Origin: an uncultured Verrucomicrobiae bacterium
Lineage (GTDB): Bacteria > Verrucomicrobiota > Verrucomicrobiia > Limisphaerales > JAFGQR01
Direction of reading: 5' to 3'
NCBI GenBank assembly: GCA_963788655.1
Contig: CAWBHS010000009.1
Location: 1 to 64,000 of the forward strand
Length of the DNA stretch: 64,000 nt
Part shown: positions 40,888 to 51,620 of the stretch, in pieces
Layout of the letters: each line of letters starts with the position of its first letter
Position numbering within the stretch: the first letter of the stretch is position 1
The notes under the pieces: model-generated
What the model was told of the DNA's origin: nothing
Seen by the model: the letters and a program-made list of their open reading frames with translations, nothing else
Databases searched by the model: none
Translations under genes and position numbers: made by a program

Positions 40888-43800
40888 TCAACCATGGCTC
40901 TTCCCCAACCGGACGGTCAATCGCACCAGCGTGCCACCATCGTTCGCAGGATCGATGGCAAAACTGCCTCCGATGTCCTCCATGCGTTTGCGCATGTTAC
41001 GCAAGCCATTCCGGCCTTTCTGTTCGCTTTGGGGATCGAGTCCGCGACCGTTGTCTTCAATTTCCAGGACACAATGATCCGGCTCCAGGCGCAGCCGCAA
41101 CCGTGCTTCGGTGGCGTGCGCGTGCCGGACGACGTTCGTCACGGCTTCCTGGGCGGCCAGGAAGACATTGTGTCGGACCTCCGGGGGAATGGGCGTCGCC
41201 GGCAATTGGGTGGGAACATCCAACCGGTAGCGCAGTCCGGCCACCGTGAGATAATCCTGAGCGTTCTTGCAGATATAATTGACCAAGCCTTCCAGGGTGT
41301 CGTTGGCGGGATTCACCGTCCACACGATTTCGTCGAGCACGCGCGTGGTGTCGCGGGCGGTTTGACAAATCTGTTGGGCGTGCGCTTCGACTTCTTCCGG
41401 CGCATCCTTGTCGCTCTCGATTAGTTCCCCCAGCATCGCCACCTGGGTCATGCTGGCCCCAAGTTGATCATGGATGTCGCGGGCAATGCGGGCGCGCTCC
41501 TGCTCCAGAGCCTCCTGTTGGCGCAACCCGGCCAATTGGCGCTGGAGTTTTTGGGTCGAGACGAAATGGACGACGGCGATAATGCTGCCCAGCAACAGCA
41601 ACACCGCCCCGCTGATAAACCACCAGGTCCGCCACACAGGCGGGACCACAGTGACGGCCAGGGAACTGCCGGCTTTGTTCCACACGCCGTCCTCGTTGGC
41701 GGCGGTGACCTGAAACACGTAGTGCCCCGGCGGCAGCTTGCTGTAATGCGCGCTCCGGATGTTGCCGGCCGGCGTCCAGGCCGTTTCGTAGCCTTCCATG
41801 CGATATTTGAAGCGCCGGGCGCGTTCCGGAGCGGCCAGGTTCAGACTGGTGTATTTGATCTCGAGGTGTTCCTTGCCCGCCGGGACGGTGACCGAATGCG
41901 GCCACCCGCCGCGCATGGCGTTGGTATTTTGCCCGACGCCATCAATCAACACTGACTCGATGATCACGGGAGGCGGATTGGTATTGGAGTGCAGTTGTGT
42001 GGGATCGACGAATGCCAGGCCGCGCGTCGTCGGGAACCAGAGCTTCCCATCACTGGTGCGACAGGCTCCCGGCTGCGAACCCAGCGTACACTCGCTGATG
42101 GGCAAACCATCCTGATGCCCGTAGGACCGGCACGGGATGAAATTGGTCTGGCCATTCGCAAAATCGTTCAACGCCTGTTTGGGCACGCGCATCAAGCCTG
42201 CACTCGAGGCAATCCACAAATACCCCTGCCCGTCTTCCAGTAGATAGCCCAGGCTGTTGTTGATGAGTCCCTCGCGGGTCGTGTAGCGAGTGAACTGGCC
42301 GTCCTGGAACCGGGCCAGGCCACTCGAGGACCCGATCCACAAAACGCCTTCGCTATCGAGGTAGAGCGAGGAAATGTTGTCGCTGGGCAGGCCATCGCTT
42401 TTGTGATACGCGGTGAACTGACCGTCGTGCAGGCGATTCAGCCCGCCCCTGACGGTACCGATCCATAGGTCTTGATCCTGATCGCCCGCAATGGCTTGAA
42501 CAATGTCTGCCGACAAGCCGTCGCGGGTCGAGTAACGCCGCCATCCACGGTCATCCCAGCGCAGTAAACCACTTCGGGTGCCGAACCAGAGCCGGCCGTG
42601 AGGATCCTGATAAATAGCTTGCACGACCTTCGGATATTCCGGCCCCGGCACGACGCGCTGGAAACGGCCATTTTCAAATTGAAACAGACCCGGCCCCGGA
42701 CTGGCCCACGTGCCCATCCAGACTTGTTGGTTCGTGTCCACAAACATGGATTTGACCGAACGGTTCAGCAGTCCCTGCTGGAAACCAAGCCATTCCACCT
42801 CACCGTTTTTCCAATGGCCCACTTCGCCGCCATTGCAGCCGACCCAGAGTCCACCCCGTTGATCCGGGCAAACCGATTGCACTGTCAGCCCAGGGGTTTC
42901 GGGCATGACGTTGAAAACGTGATGCTGGACCCGATTCAATCCACCGCCATCGGTGCCGACCCACAGGGTGCCTTCCCGGTCCATGAGCAAAGATAGAATG
43001 GAATTGTGGGACAATCCCTGGTTGGTGGTTAGGCAAGTGTGTTTTCCTTCGGCGTCGAACCAGAACAATCCATCGCCCAAAGTGCCGACAATCAAGTTGC
43101 CCTGTTGATCCTCGCAAGCGGCCGTCACCCGCTGGGCCCAGAGGTCGTTGTAGCTGGCCAATTCGCGCACCGGATGGTTGTCCTTCCACTTTTGAATTCG
43201 CCCGTTGGCCAGGCACCAGAATCCTCCCTCCCGGCTGCGCAGTAGGAAATCGAGTCGCCCCATCCTGAAGTCCTGGACCACCGGCAAATTGGGCGGGTCC
43301 ATCGCCGCCGTGGGATCAATGGCCACCAGGTGCCAATCGCTGCCAATCCATAGCAATCCGGCATCAGTGGCAATAATCGTTCGGTAGTTGGCCCGCACAT
43401 TGGCATCAAACGAAAACTGCTGGACGCGCCCGTCGCGGTACCGCCATAGCCGTCCGGTTGTGGAATAGAGCCACACCGCTCCCAGGGAATCCTCGCAGGC
43501 CGCCACCAACCGCCCGGCGGAACCATCCTGATTGCTCACCAGACTGGTGACTGTGCCGTCTTTGGCCAGGAAGATACCGGCCGTTTCGGTGCCGATCCAC
43601 AAATTGCTCCGGCTATCCTCAAACAGGCTGACAATCCAACTGCTATCCAATCCTGGCGTGTTGCCTTCGTCAAAGACCGTAAACTGAATGCCATCAAACC
43701 GCACCACTCCGCTCAGCGTGCCCAGCCACAAATAACCGTCGCGCGTTTGCGTCATCGCAATCACCGAATTCTGCGGCAATCCCGCATCCGTGTCATACAC

Positions 43801-43917
43801 GCTAATGGTGTAGGGTGCCGTCGCAGGGGCGAGGGCTGCCATTTCGCCGCACAGTCCGGCGGTTGGGCCCCCCATCAGCAGCCCGGCGATGACGACTTTC
43901 CAACTGTGTTTCAGCAT
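40888..43917 (-). CDS. Membrane histidine kinase with beta-propeller sensor, Y_Y_Y domain and HisKA_3
   Basis: Repeated D..G.LWIGT..GL, YSKLPPGHYVFQV, one TM helix, ERARIARDIHD, EAVTN, DNGRG, GNGL. Confidence 0.93.
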   Translation of the reverse strand: MLKHSWKVVIAGLLMGGPTAGLCGEMAALAPATAPYTISVYDTDAGLPQNSVIAMTQTRDGYLWLGTLSGVVRFDGIQFTVFDEGNTPGLDSSWIVSLFEDSRSNLWIGTETAGIFLAKDGTVTSLVSNQDGSAGRLVAACEDSLGAVWLYSTTGRLWRYRDGRVQQFSFDANVRANYRTIIATDAGLLWIGSDWHLVAIDPTAAMDPPNLPVVQDFRMGRLDFLLRSREGGFWCLANGRIQKWKDNHPVRELASYNDLWAQRVTAACEDQQGNLIVGTLGDGLFWFDAEGKHTCLTTNQGLSHNSILSLLMDREGTLWVGTDGGGLNRVQHHVFNVMPETPGLTVQSVCPDQRGGLWVGCNGGEVGHWKNGEVEWLGFQQGLLNRSVKSMFVDTNQQVWMGTWASPGPGLFQFENGRFQRVVPGPEYPKVVQAIYQDPHGRLWFGTRSGLLRWDDRGWRRYSTRDGLSADIVQAIAGDQDQDLWIGTVRGGLNRLHDGQFTAYHKSDGLPSDNISSLYLDSEGVLWIGSSSGLARFQDGQFTRYTTREGLINNSLGYLLEDGQGYLWIASSAGLMRVPKQALNDFANGQTNFIPCRSYGHQDGLPISECTLGSQPGACRTSDGKLWFPTTRGLAFVDPTQLHSNTNPPPVIIESVLIDGVGQNTNAMRGGWPHSVTVPAGKEHLEIKYTSLNLAAPERARRFKYRMEGYETAWTPAGNIRSAHYSKLPPGHYVFQVTAANEDGVWNKAGSSLAVTVVPPVWRTWWFISGAVLLLLGSIIAVVHFVSTQKLQRQLAGLRQQEALEQERARIARDIHDQLGASMTQVAMLGELIESDKDAPEEVEAHAQQICQTARDTTRVLDEIVWTVNPANDTLEGLVNYICKNAQDYLTVAGLRYRLDVPTQLPATPIPPEVRHNVFLAAQEAVTNVVRHAHATEARLRLRLEPDHCVLEIEDNGRGLDPQSEQKGRNGLRNMRKRMEDIGGSFAIDPANDGGTLVRLTVRLGKSHG

Positions 43918-43978
43918 AATGTATTATTCGGGAGACCCGGTGCCGGGGCAACCCCAATCGCCTGGGGGCCATCGTTAG

Positions 43979-44287
43979 CTTTCCTGGCACCGCCAAGCTA
44001 CCACCCACGCCCGGGCCAACATTGGTTGCGCGAAATGTCACGGTGCGTGCGACGAACACATTGCCGACGAATCCTGGGCGTCCGGCGGCAACGGCACCGC
44101 GCCGGAAATCAGGTATCCACCGTACAAGATCAACGCCCTCTGCCGGGATTGCCACAAATGGCCCAAGATGGTTAATAAGCCCGGCGACCCCTGCTCCAAA
44201 CTGTTGGGCAAACCCACTCGCAAGTGCTTCTGCACCGATTGCCACGGCCAACACCGCCTCGTGGAACGTAAGTGCAAGTGGAGGTAG
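43979..44287 (+). pseudogene. 5'-truncated multiheme cytochrome c (three CxxCH motifs); not in ORF track
   Basis: Open frame ...HARANIGCAKCHGACDEH...CRDCH...CTDCHGQHRLVERKCKWR-stop; no ATG/GTG/TTG before the first motif. Confidence 0.8.
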
Positions 44288-44637
44288 CGTGATCGGTTCG
44301 ACTTGTCCCTTCCATGCATCTCCTCAGCCTCATTGGTTGAGAAGGTGCGGGCACGGAGGGGGTTGCGGTTTTGCTTTCGAGTAACGAACAACCTTCCCGG
44401 GAGAGAGAACGCCGATTCAAAAAATGGCCGAACTGGACGAATTTGCCAAGCCTTGCCACCGCGGTGGCACGCGGTTCCCAAAAAAGTACGCAACTTTTAG
44501 CCGGCTCATCGTGTCTAACTATGAAATGCGTTGCGCGTCGAAGCTGAGCCTGTAGCCTGTGTTGCTCGGGCAGGCGATCGGACAACGGTGCCGCCGAAGT
44601 TTGAGAAATGTGAACAGGTTTTGAGTCTCGGTTAATC

Positions 44638-45384
44638 ATGTATTGGAAACAGCCAACGGAATTGTGTGGATTATCGACCGATCCCGAAATTAACGCGGCG
44701 ACCTGCCGGCATCGGTCGCGCGCTTTCACCCTTATCGAACTACTGGTCGTCATTGCCATCATCGCCATCCTGGCGGGAATGTTGTTGCCCGCTTTGGCCA
44801 AGGCCAAGGTGAAGGCGCAAAAGATTGCCTGTGTCAGCAACCTGCGGCAAGTGGCGATCGGCTTGCGGATGTGGTCCGACGATCATGAAGACAAGTTCCC
44901 CTGGTGGGTGCCGGTGGATGAAGGCGGCTCCCGTTCGCAGAGCGAGGCTTGGCAGCATTTTCTCATCATTTCCAACGAACTGGGCTCGCCGCAAGTGCTG
45001 CACTGTCCGGCGGACAAAGAAAAGAATTCGACTTTCAACTTTTCCAATGACCCGAACGATGGCTTTGCGGCGAAGGGCAATGCGGCGCTAAGCTACTGGT
45101 TTGCCTCGGAATCAAAGGAACAGTTGCCCAATCACCATCTGGTCGGCGACCGTAACATCCAGGGAAACCTGACTGGCCGCTGTGGCACAGGAGCAATCAC
45201 CGGCAATATCTACAACTTGTATCCGGAGGACAACGACGTGGGGTGGGACGAAACGATGCATCAGCGCGCCGGTAACATTGCCATTACGGATGGCAGCGTC
45301 CAGAATCTAAACTACGCCCAGCTCACCATCTTTCTCGAACTCACTGGAGACAACAACCTCAGTAACTGTATTCTGAAGCCCTGA
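44638..45384 (+). CDS. Prepilin-type N-terminal cleavage/methylation protein with H-X9-DG C-terminal motif
   Basis: [49 protein letters not shown]. Confidence 0.92.
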   Translation: MYWKQPTELCGLSTDPEINAATCRHRSRAFTLIELLVVIAIIAILAGMLLPALAKAKVKAQKIACVSNLRQVAIGLRMWSDDHEDKFPWWVPVDEGGSRSQSEAWQHFLIISNELGSPQVLHCPADKEKNSTFNFSNDPNDGFAAKGNAALSYWFASESKEQLPNHHLVGDRNIQGNLTGRCGTGAITGNIYNLYPEDNDVGWDETMHQRAGNIAITDGSVQNLNYAQLTIFLELTGDNNLSNCILKP

Positions 45385-45659
45385 CAGTTTGTCCTTGTCT
45401 AACAATCTCGTGGTAGGAGCGCCGACATTCTTGTCGGCGCGGTCGTTTATGCTGGTTTCGAGCTCGTTCACCGTTCCACCTGATTCGACTGGTTCAATCG
45501 CTGGCTGTTGCCAGCGCTGGCGTAGGGGACCGTGCGGTTGCTCGGACTTCGCATTAAGGTGGATGATTGGCGCGCACTGCGGCGCGCACGGATTCCTGGT
45601 GGTGGCGGATTGAATCAGGCCTTGCCGTCGGGAGAGATCTATCAGATTCGCTCGGTGGA

Positions 45660-47447
45660 TTACTCGTCCAAAAATTCCAGCACCCCAAAGCGGTTGGGTT
45701 CGTGAAACGAGCCGGAGAGGGTCGGGTTCCAGGCCAGGAACGCGCGATTGGCCCGGTCACAACGGAAGAGGTTCAATCGCCAGCGCGTGCCGCCTACTGG
45801 CGGAGTGTCACTCAAAGCCGTCAACGGGATGCGCACCTCGCAGGTCCACACTTTGGCGTCGGTGTCGATTTTGACGGCCGATTCAAACCGGCTGTTCCAG
45901 GCGAAATCTTTCTCGGGCAGATTCAGGATCATCAGGTCCAGCTTCTCATTGGAGGGGGCCACTTCGAACTCGGAGTAGTGCTTCGGATTTTCCGGATCCG
46001 CGCCGATGAACGCTTCCACGACGTCGCGGTCCCACAGACTGACGCCGGGCTTGTCCACCTCAAACCGCTTCCGTTCGAACTGCGGTGGCTCGAAAGTCGT
46101 GAGCGTGGTGTAGGGACATTCGTAAGCCAGATAAAGGTAGTTGCGCGTCCAGAGGACACGAACACTGGTGGCCATATTGGGCCGGGCCGTAGCTGTGGCG
46201 GTTTCGTATTCCAGATGGGCTGGGGGTGCGACTTGCCACTCGGTTTTAGTCAAGTCGCCGTCCAGTTGGAAATCATTGGCGAGGCGACGCGCGCGCACGA
46301 CGGGGGCCGGCAGCGAACGCGCCAGCAGTTTGCGCGCATTGTCAAAGTAGATTTTGCGCAGGACGGATTCGGGCAAGTTGATGCTGTTGATGGTCCAGTC
46401 GCCTTGAATAGGAGTCATGTGTCGCCAGTTGCAGTCGCGGGTTTCCAGCCAGCGCCAATGCTTGCGGTAGAATACCTCCGCGTCTGCGTCCGTCGGCGGC
46501 GGCTCATTGCCGCTGGAACCCAGGATCAAACGGTCATACACCATGAAATCCGTGCCCAACAAAATGCGGTCTTGATACTTGAGGAACAGGCGGCGCACCT
46601 GGTCGGGATCATGCCGGCCAAGCTCCGGAATGCGTGCGGCCAGGTCGGCCATCATGTTCGGATACCGGCTCAGCGAGGCTTCCACCCAATCGAGATCCTC
46701 GGCGCAATTCGCGAAGTGGACACACACAAAGGTCGTCCGCGGGTGACGCGCAATCACGCGGTTGAGCGCTGCGAGCAAGCCTTTCCACGTTGGGTATTTG
46801 TTCGTGTCGCCGAACCACCAACTTTGGTGGTCTTTGAGTTCCTTCCAACGTTCATTGCTTTCATTGTACGGCATCCAGAAAGCCTTGGGATCGGCGACGT
46901 GGATGGACACCGGCATGCCCAATTCGCCACAACGTTCCCAGACCGGGTCCAGCTTGGGATCATCCACGGCGATGAGTTTGCCGGCCCCGTCTCGCAGGTA
47001 GAGCCCGAGGCGTTTGAATTCTTTTAGGCCCGCCGAACCCAGCCGGTGCCCTTCCTCAATCTGTTTCACCGCGCGGGCCGACCAATCAGGATCATCCCAA
47101 CCCTGGTAATTCAGGATCATGTAATGAACGAGTCGGCCGGGAAACAGCGCATCGGCGAGATGTTTGTTACGTTCGAATTCCGAAGGCCCGCCGTCCTTGC
47201 TGGGCGCCACCGTGCCCGTGCCGAGATTGACGGCCACGCCGAGCCCGACGGCGTCCATGATCCGCACCGCCCGCGCCAGGTGCTGGGTGGTGAAATCAAT
47301 GTGTTGATGGAGGTCGATCAGGCGATGTTCGGCGCGCCATTGGTCCGGCTGCGCGCGTCCATCCGCCGCCATTGCTTGGGCGACTGCCATGCCGGCGCAG
47401 CCCAGATACGCCATTGCCAATCCTGTAATGAAACCCGATGTCTGCAT
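45660..47447 (-). CDS. Secreted amidohydrolase fused to a CBM9-like domain
   Basis: IDLHQH, PVSIHVAD, ILLGTD, KIYFDNA; then LDGDL..W, LWDRDVVEAF, WTCEVRIPL, WRLNLFR. Confidence 0.85.
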   Translation of the reverse strand: MQTSGFITGLAMAYLGCAGMAVAQAMAADGRAQPDQWRAEHRLIDLHQHIDFTTQHLARAVRIMDAVGLGVAVNLGTGTVAPSKDGGPSEFERNKHLADALFPGRLVHYMILNYQGWDDPDWSARAVKQIEEGHRLGSAGLKEFKRLGLYLRDGAGKLIAVDDPKLDPVWERCGELGMPVSIHVADPKAFWMPYNESNERWKELKDHQSWWFGDTNKYPTWKGLLAALNRVIARHPRTTFVCVHFANCAEDLDWVEASLSRYPNMMADLAARIPELGRHDPDQVRRLFLKYQDRILLGTDFMVYDRLILGSSGNEPPPTDADAEVFYRKHWRWLETRDCNWRHMTPIQGDWTINSINLPESVLRKIYFDNARKLLARSLPAPVVRARRLANDFQLDGDLTKTEWQVAPPAHLEYETATATARPNMATSVRVLWTRNYLYLAYECPYTTLTTFEPPQFERKRFEVDKPGVSLWDRDVVEAFIGADPENPKHYSEFEVAPSNEKLDLMILNLPEKDFAWNSRFESAVKIDTDAKVWTCEVRIPLTALSDTPPVGGTRWRLNLFRCDRANRAFLAWNPTLSGSFHEPNRFGVLEFLDE

Positions 47448-47581
47448 AATGGTATTGTGTGCTGGGTGGAGCGTAAACCTGGTTGCGGGTAGTAGGCCAG
47501 CCGCAATATTGTCCCGATCCATTCCGGGCTTCCGCGCCGTTTCCCGCTCGCTTTTTTTGCAACCTTTGGTACCAACATTGC

Positions 47582-48661
47582 GTGCGATCTGAACTGTTAA
47601 CGAACGCCCGCCGCATCGTCATCAAGCTGGGCACCGGCGTGCTGACCAACCAACACAAGCAACCCGATCTCCTGCAGATCGAACAGTTGGTTGGGCAAAT
47701 GGCCGGCTTGCGAACGAGCGGACGCGAGTTGGTCGTCGTCTCCTCCGGGGCGGTGGGCGCCGGCATGGGCGCGTTTGGGTATAAGAAACGCCCAACGGAG
47801 CTGGCCGAGCTTCAGGCCTGCGCGGCGGTGGGCCAATCCCGCCTCATGACGTTGTACGACCATTTGTTCGCCAAGTGGCATCTCGACGTGGCGCAAGTGC
47901 TCTTGACGCATGAGGATCTCAAACACCACGACCGCCATCTCAATGCCCGCAACACGCTGGTTACTCTGCTGGACTCGCCCAACGTGGTGCCGATTGTGAA
48001 CGAGAACGACGCCGTCTCGGTCACCGAACTCAAATTCGGCGACAACGATCGGTTGTCCGCGCTGGTGGCGTGCCTGTTGCCCGCCGATCTGCTGGTGATT
48101 CTGACCAGCGTCGATGGCCTGGTTGAAAACTACGGTCAAGCCAATGCCCACACCCTGCCGGTGGTACCGTCCATCGACGAACGCATTACCCAACTGGCGG
48201 GCGGCACCCGCAGCGTTACCGCGGTGGGCGGCATGACGACCAAAGTCGAGGCCGCCAAGATCGCCATGCGCGCCGGCATTCCTCTGGTCATTGCCTGCGG
48301 CCGCAAAAAGAAAGTGCTGGCCAATGTGATCGAGGGCGGCGAAGAAGGTACTCTGTTTTTGCCGCAGCCCAACAAGCTCAAGGGGCGCAAACGCTGGATT
48401 GCGTTTTTTCATCATCCTCGAGGGGCGCTGGTGGTGGACGACGGCGCCAAGCAAGCGTTGCGCGAGTCAGGCAAGAGCCTCTTGCCGCCGGGCATCACGC
48501 GTTGCGAGGGCCAGTTTACCCAAGGCGACGTGGTGCGAATTTGTGACGCGAACGGCACCGAGTTTGCCCGCGGCATCTGCCGGTTTGGCGCCGCGGAGAT
48601 CAACGAACGGCAGCTCAAACGAGTTGAAGTGGTCCATCGCGATGACTTGGTGGTGCTGTGA
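47582..48661 (+). CDS. proB: Glutamate 5-kinase
   Basis: VIKLGTGVL, VSSGAVGAG, PIVNENDAV, FGDNDRL, GGMTTKVEAA, PUA domain ending HRDDLV; GTG start inferred. Confidence 0.95.
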   Translation: MRSELLTNARRIVIKLGTGVLTNQHKQPDLLQIEQLVGQMAGLRTSGRELVVVSSGAVGAGMGAFGYKKRPTELAELQACAAVGQSRLMTLYDHLFAKWHLDVAQVLLTHEDLKHHDRHLNARNTLVTLLDSPNVVPIVNENDAVSVTELKFGDNDRLSALVACLLPADLLVILTSVDGLVENYGQANAHTLPVVPSIDERITQLAGGTRSVTAVGGMTTKVEAAKIAMRAGIPLVIACGRKKKVLANVIEGGEEGTLFLPQPNKLKGRKRWIAFFHHPRGALVVDDGAKQALRESGKSLLPPGITRCEGQFTQGDVVRICDANGTEFARGICRFGAAEINERQLKRVEVVHRDDLVVL

Positions 48662-48717
48662 ATTTCACCGGTGGACCGGTCTCATTTTGAATCCTTAATT
48701 GATGCGTTGATTGCCTT

Positions 48718-49433
48718 ATGAAAAAACGTCCCGCCATTCAGGATTTGCTCGACGTCATGTCCCGGTTGCGCTCGCCGACTGGCTGCCCTTGGGACCGCGA
48801 GCAGGACCACCGGACCTTGCGTTTCCATGCGGTCGAGGAGGTGTATGAACTGTTGGATGCCATCGAAGCCGGCGACGATCACGAGATGGCCGAGGAACTT
48901 GGCGATCTGCTGCTCCAGGTCGTCTTCCATTGCCAATTGGCCCGCGAACGCAGCGCCTTCGATTTCGAGGCGGTGGCCCGGCACATCACTGACAAATTGA
49001 TCCGTCGGCATCCCCACGTATTTGGCGACGCCAAAGCCCGGACGGTCGGCATGGTTTGGGCTCAGTGGGAGAAGATCAAGCGGGACGGAAAAGACAAGGA
49101 ACGCGGCACGAGCGCACTTCCGCCCTGGATGGCATTCCCCGCCATTTGCCGGCGCTGTTACGCGCGGAGAAACTGGTGAAGAAAGCTTGCAAAGCCGGAT
49201 TGTTGAACGGTGAAGCGGCTCGCAAGTCAGCCCCCGCCAAATCTGCGCTCGCCCGGGACCTCTTTCGCTTGGCGGAGCAAGCGCAAGCGCGGGGCTGGTC
49301 AGCGGAAGAGTTGTTGCGCACGGAAACCAAAAAACGGGAACGCGGTCTGCGCCAGCAGGAGCGAAAACAGGCGCGTCAGCGCAAGCAGTCGAATTCCGCC
49401 AGCAAGGCGGCAAACAAATCCACCGGAACATAG
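48718..49433 (+). CDS. mazG: MazG-family nucleoside triphosphate pyrophosphohydrolase, one frameshift
   Basis: GCPWDREQ, EEVYE, EELGDLLLQ, KLIRRHPHVF; second frame SALDGIPRHLPAL. Confidence 0.88.
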
Positions 49434-51142
49434 TGGGCCCGATGCTGGAGGGCGGATTGCCGCACGGCGGTGTCGTCGCTCACCACGAAGATGCTTCGTT
49501 CGCGGGGCTGGTGGTCGGCGAACTTCAAGTGGCCGGCAATGACCTCGTCCGCCCGGTTCTTCCCCGCGCCCCCGGAAAACTCGACGCGGACGTTCGGGCT
49601 GACCGGCAACGACTCGGTGATCGGTCCGTCAAAACACACGTTCACCTGCACCTTCGGCCGGTTGCCGGCCAGTTTTTGCACCAGGCTGATCAGGTGCTGC
49701 CGGGCATTGCCACCCGGGCGGCCCGCTTCAAAATCGACTTCGAAAATCTCCGGTAACCGGAACAGCACATTGTAACCGTCCACCAGCACCAACGCGGGGC
49801 GGTTTTGGCGCAGCACGCTGCCCAGCGACCAATGGCGGGCGCGATCCGGCACTTCCGGCGGGGCGCTGCGGTCGGTCAGGATGCTCAAGCGGCGTTGCAG
49901 CGTTTGATAAAGCAGACGCTGATCGGCCGGACGCGTCAATTCGTGACGGGCCAGGGATTCCAGAAGGTCGCCCATTGTCCGCAGCGCTTCGGAATCCGGC
50001 GCGTGATTGATTTGCCGCAGCAATCGTTCGGTGAAGTCATCCGTCGTTTCCTGGCCGGGCAGCTTCTGCTCGATCGTGGCAATTTCCGACTCCAGGTCGG
50101 CTAAAACTGTTTTCAGTTCAGGCAGCGGCGACAGGGCCGTGCGCGCGGCCACAGACAGTTGCTGCCGAACGTCGCGGAGATGATTCAGGCGGCCTTCCAA
50201 TTCCAGGCGATTGCCGGTGTGACGGTCCTGGCGGGATTGCAATTCCAAAGCGCGTTCGGCTCGGGCCAGCAAGTCCGCCTGGGGGCCGGTTTGTTGGAGC
50301 TTGAAGGACTCCAATTCCATCGCATCCGCCAGCCATTTGCGAATCTCGGCGGAGGTCTGTGCGCGCACCCCGGTGGCAATCGCCGTTTCCCGTTCGGCGG
50401 CGGTTTGTTCCAGTTGGCTTGCCAGCGCGCGACTTTCCTCGCGCCACCGCTGGGTTTCCTGTTTGAGCTTGTTGACTTTGCGTTCGAGGGCCTGCCGGGT
50501 TTCGGACGCCGTCGCTTGGGCTTCCTGGAGCTTGAGGCGGTGTTGCCGTTTCTCTTCCCGCAACTCCGCCCTCAACTTGCGAAGGGCGTCGCTCGGTTGC
50601 GCTTGTTCAGCGACATCGGGTTCCCCGGAGGATGCCGTTACGGCCAGTGGTTTTTGGATGGCGGGCGTCCGTGACATTTCCTGCAAGCCACGCCAAGTCG
50701 TTTCGGCGAAGGTCGCCAGCGTTTGGCGGGCATGGTTTTTTTCAGGGTCGGTCGTTTCGCGTTTTTCTTGGCGCGCTTGCTGGATACCGGTTTGGTGAAC
50801 CTCTTCCCGTTCATCCACCAGCAACAACACCGCCAGGTGGGCGGGGCCAAGCAGCACTGCCAGCGGTTCAATGATTTCCTTGAGCGCAGCCGGGGTCAGC
50901 GCGGCCAGGGAGGCCCGAAGCGGAAGATGTTCCGCCAGAAATGTCACCAGCCAACGCGGCAATTCCGCGCTGCCTTGAATCATCGTCGCCAAACGCTGGC
51001 GAATCAGCTTGGCCTTGGTAAAGCCACCCGGCAGCAGGGGCCCAACCCACTCGACCAGCCGCCGATCGGGGCAATCCGCAAGCAAGGACTCCAGCTTGCG
51101 GCCCACTGGTTCCGGTAGTGAAAAATGACGAATGGCAGCCAT
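49376..51142 (-). CDS. Coiled-coil protein with C-terminal NYN/PIN-like (YacP-type) nuclease domain
   Basis: LVDGYNV, VCFDG, ADEVI, VVSDD acidic motifs; long E/Q/R/K-rich helical middle. Confidence 0.8.
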   Translation of the reverse strand: MAAIRHFSLPEPVGRKLESLLADCPDRRLVEWVGPLLPGGFTKAKLIRQRLATMIQGSAELPRWLVTFLAEHLPLRASLAALTPAALKEIIEPLAVLLGPAHLAVLLLVDEREEVHQTGIQQARQEKRETTDPEKNHARQTLATFAETTWRGLQEMSRTPAIQKPLAVTASSGEPDVAEQAQPSDALRKLRAELREEKRQHRLKLQEAQATASETRQALERKVNKLKQETQRWREESRALASQLEQTAAERETAIATGVRAQTSAEIRKWLADAMELESFKLQQTGPQADLLARAERALELQSRQDRHTGNRLELEGRLNHLRDVRQQLSVAARTALSPLPELKTVLADLESEIATIEQKLPGQETTDDFTERLLRQINHAPDSEALRTMGDLLESLARHELTRPADQRLLYQTLQRRLSILTDRSAPPEVPDRARHWSLGSVLRQNRPALVLVDGYNVLFRLPEIFEVDFEAGRPGGNARQHLISLVQKLAGNRPKVQVNVCFDGPITESLPVSPNVRVEFSGGAGKNRADEVIAGHLKFADHQPRERSIFVVSDDTAVRQSALQHRAHYVPVDLFAALLAEFDCLR

Positions 51143-51235
51143 CGATTACTGTTCCACGAGCCGCAGGTTACTCCTGCCGCGGGGAGGGATGCAATGAGAG
51201 TTGAAGCGTTGAGGTGCTTATGCCGTGACTATTCC

Positions 51236-51367
51236 GTAGGACAGGCGTCCCGCCTGTCTCGAACGACTGCCAACCATCGATTTGCCCCGCGGCGTAGGAA
51301 GTTTCGCCAGGTCACCAAAAGGTGAGGAGCTCTTGGCTATTCGAGACAGGCGAGACGCCTGTCCTAC
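51236..51367. repeat. GTAGGACAG-family REP doublet
   Basis: GTAGGACAGGCGTCCCGCCTGTCTCGAA ... TTCGAGACAGGCGAGACGCCTGTCCTAC. Confidence 0.8.
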
Positions 51368-51620
51368 CGCGCCGAATCGCCTCTTCGCTGCTCCAGCTAC
51401 TGAATGGATACGGTTAAGCATTGAAGCGCAATTGGAGCCAGGCTTCGGTGACGAGGCTGGGGCGGATCAAGTCAGCGTTCTGCGGGTGCCGTGGAAAACT
51501 CTGCGGACTTTGCGCGCCGTCCGCGCATGCACGATTGAACGTCGCAAGACCGGGCCAACCACGTCGTGGATCGGTTGGTTTTGAATTGGAATGTTCGTGG
51601 CGAAGGGATATTGGAATGCT

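Noticed and set aside
47559..47583. Third ECF-like promoter GCAAC-N16-GCGT before proB
   Set aside because: The -10 element differs and overlaps the inferred start codon
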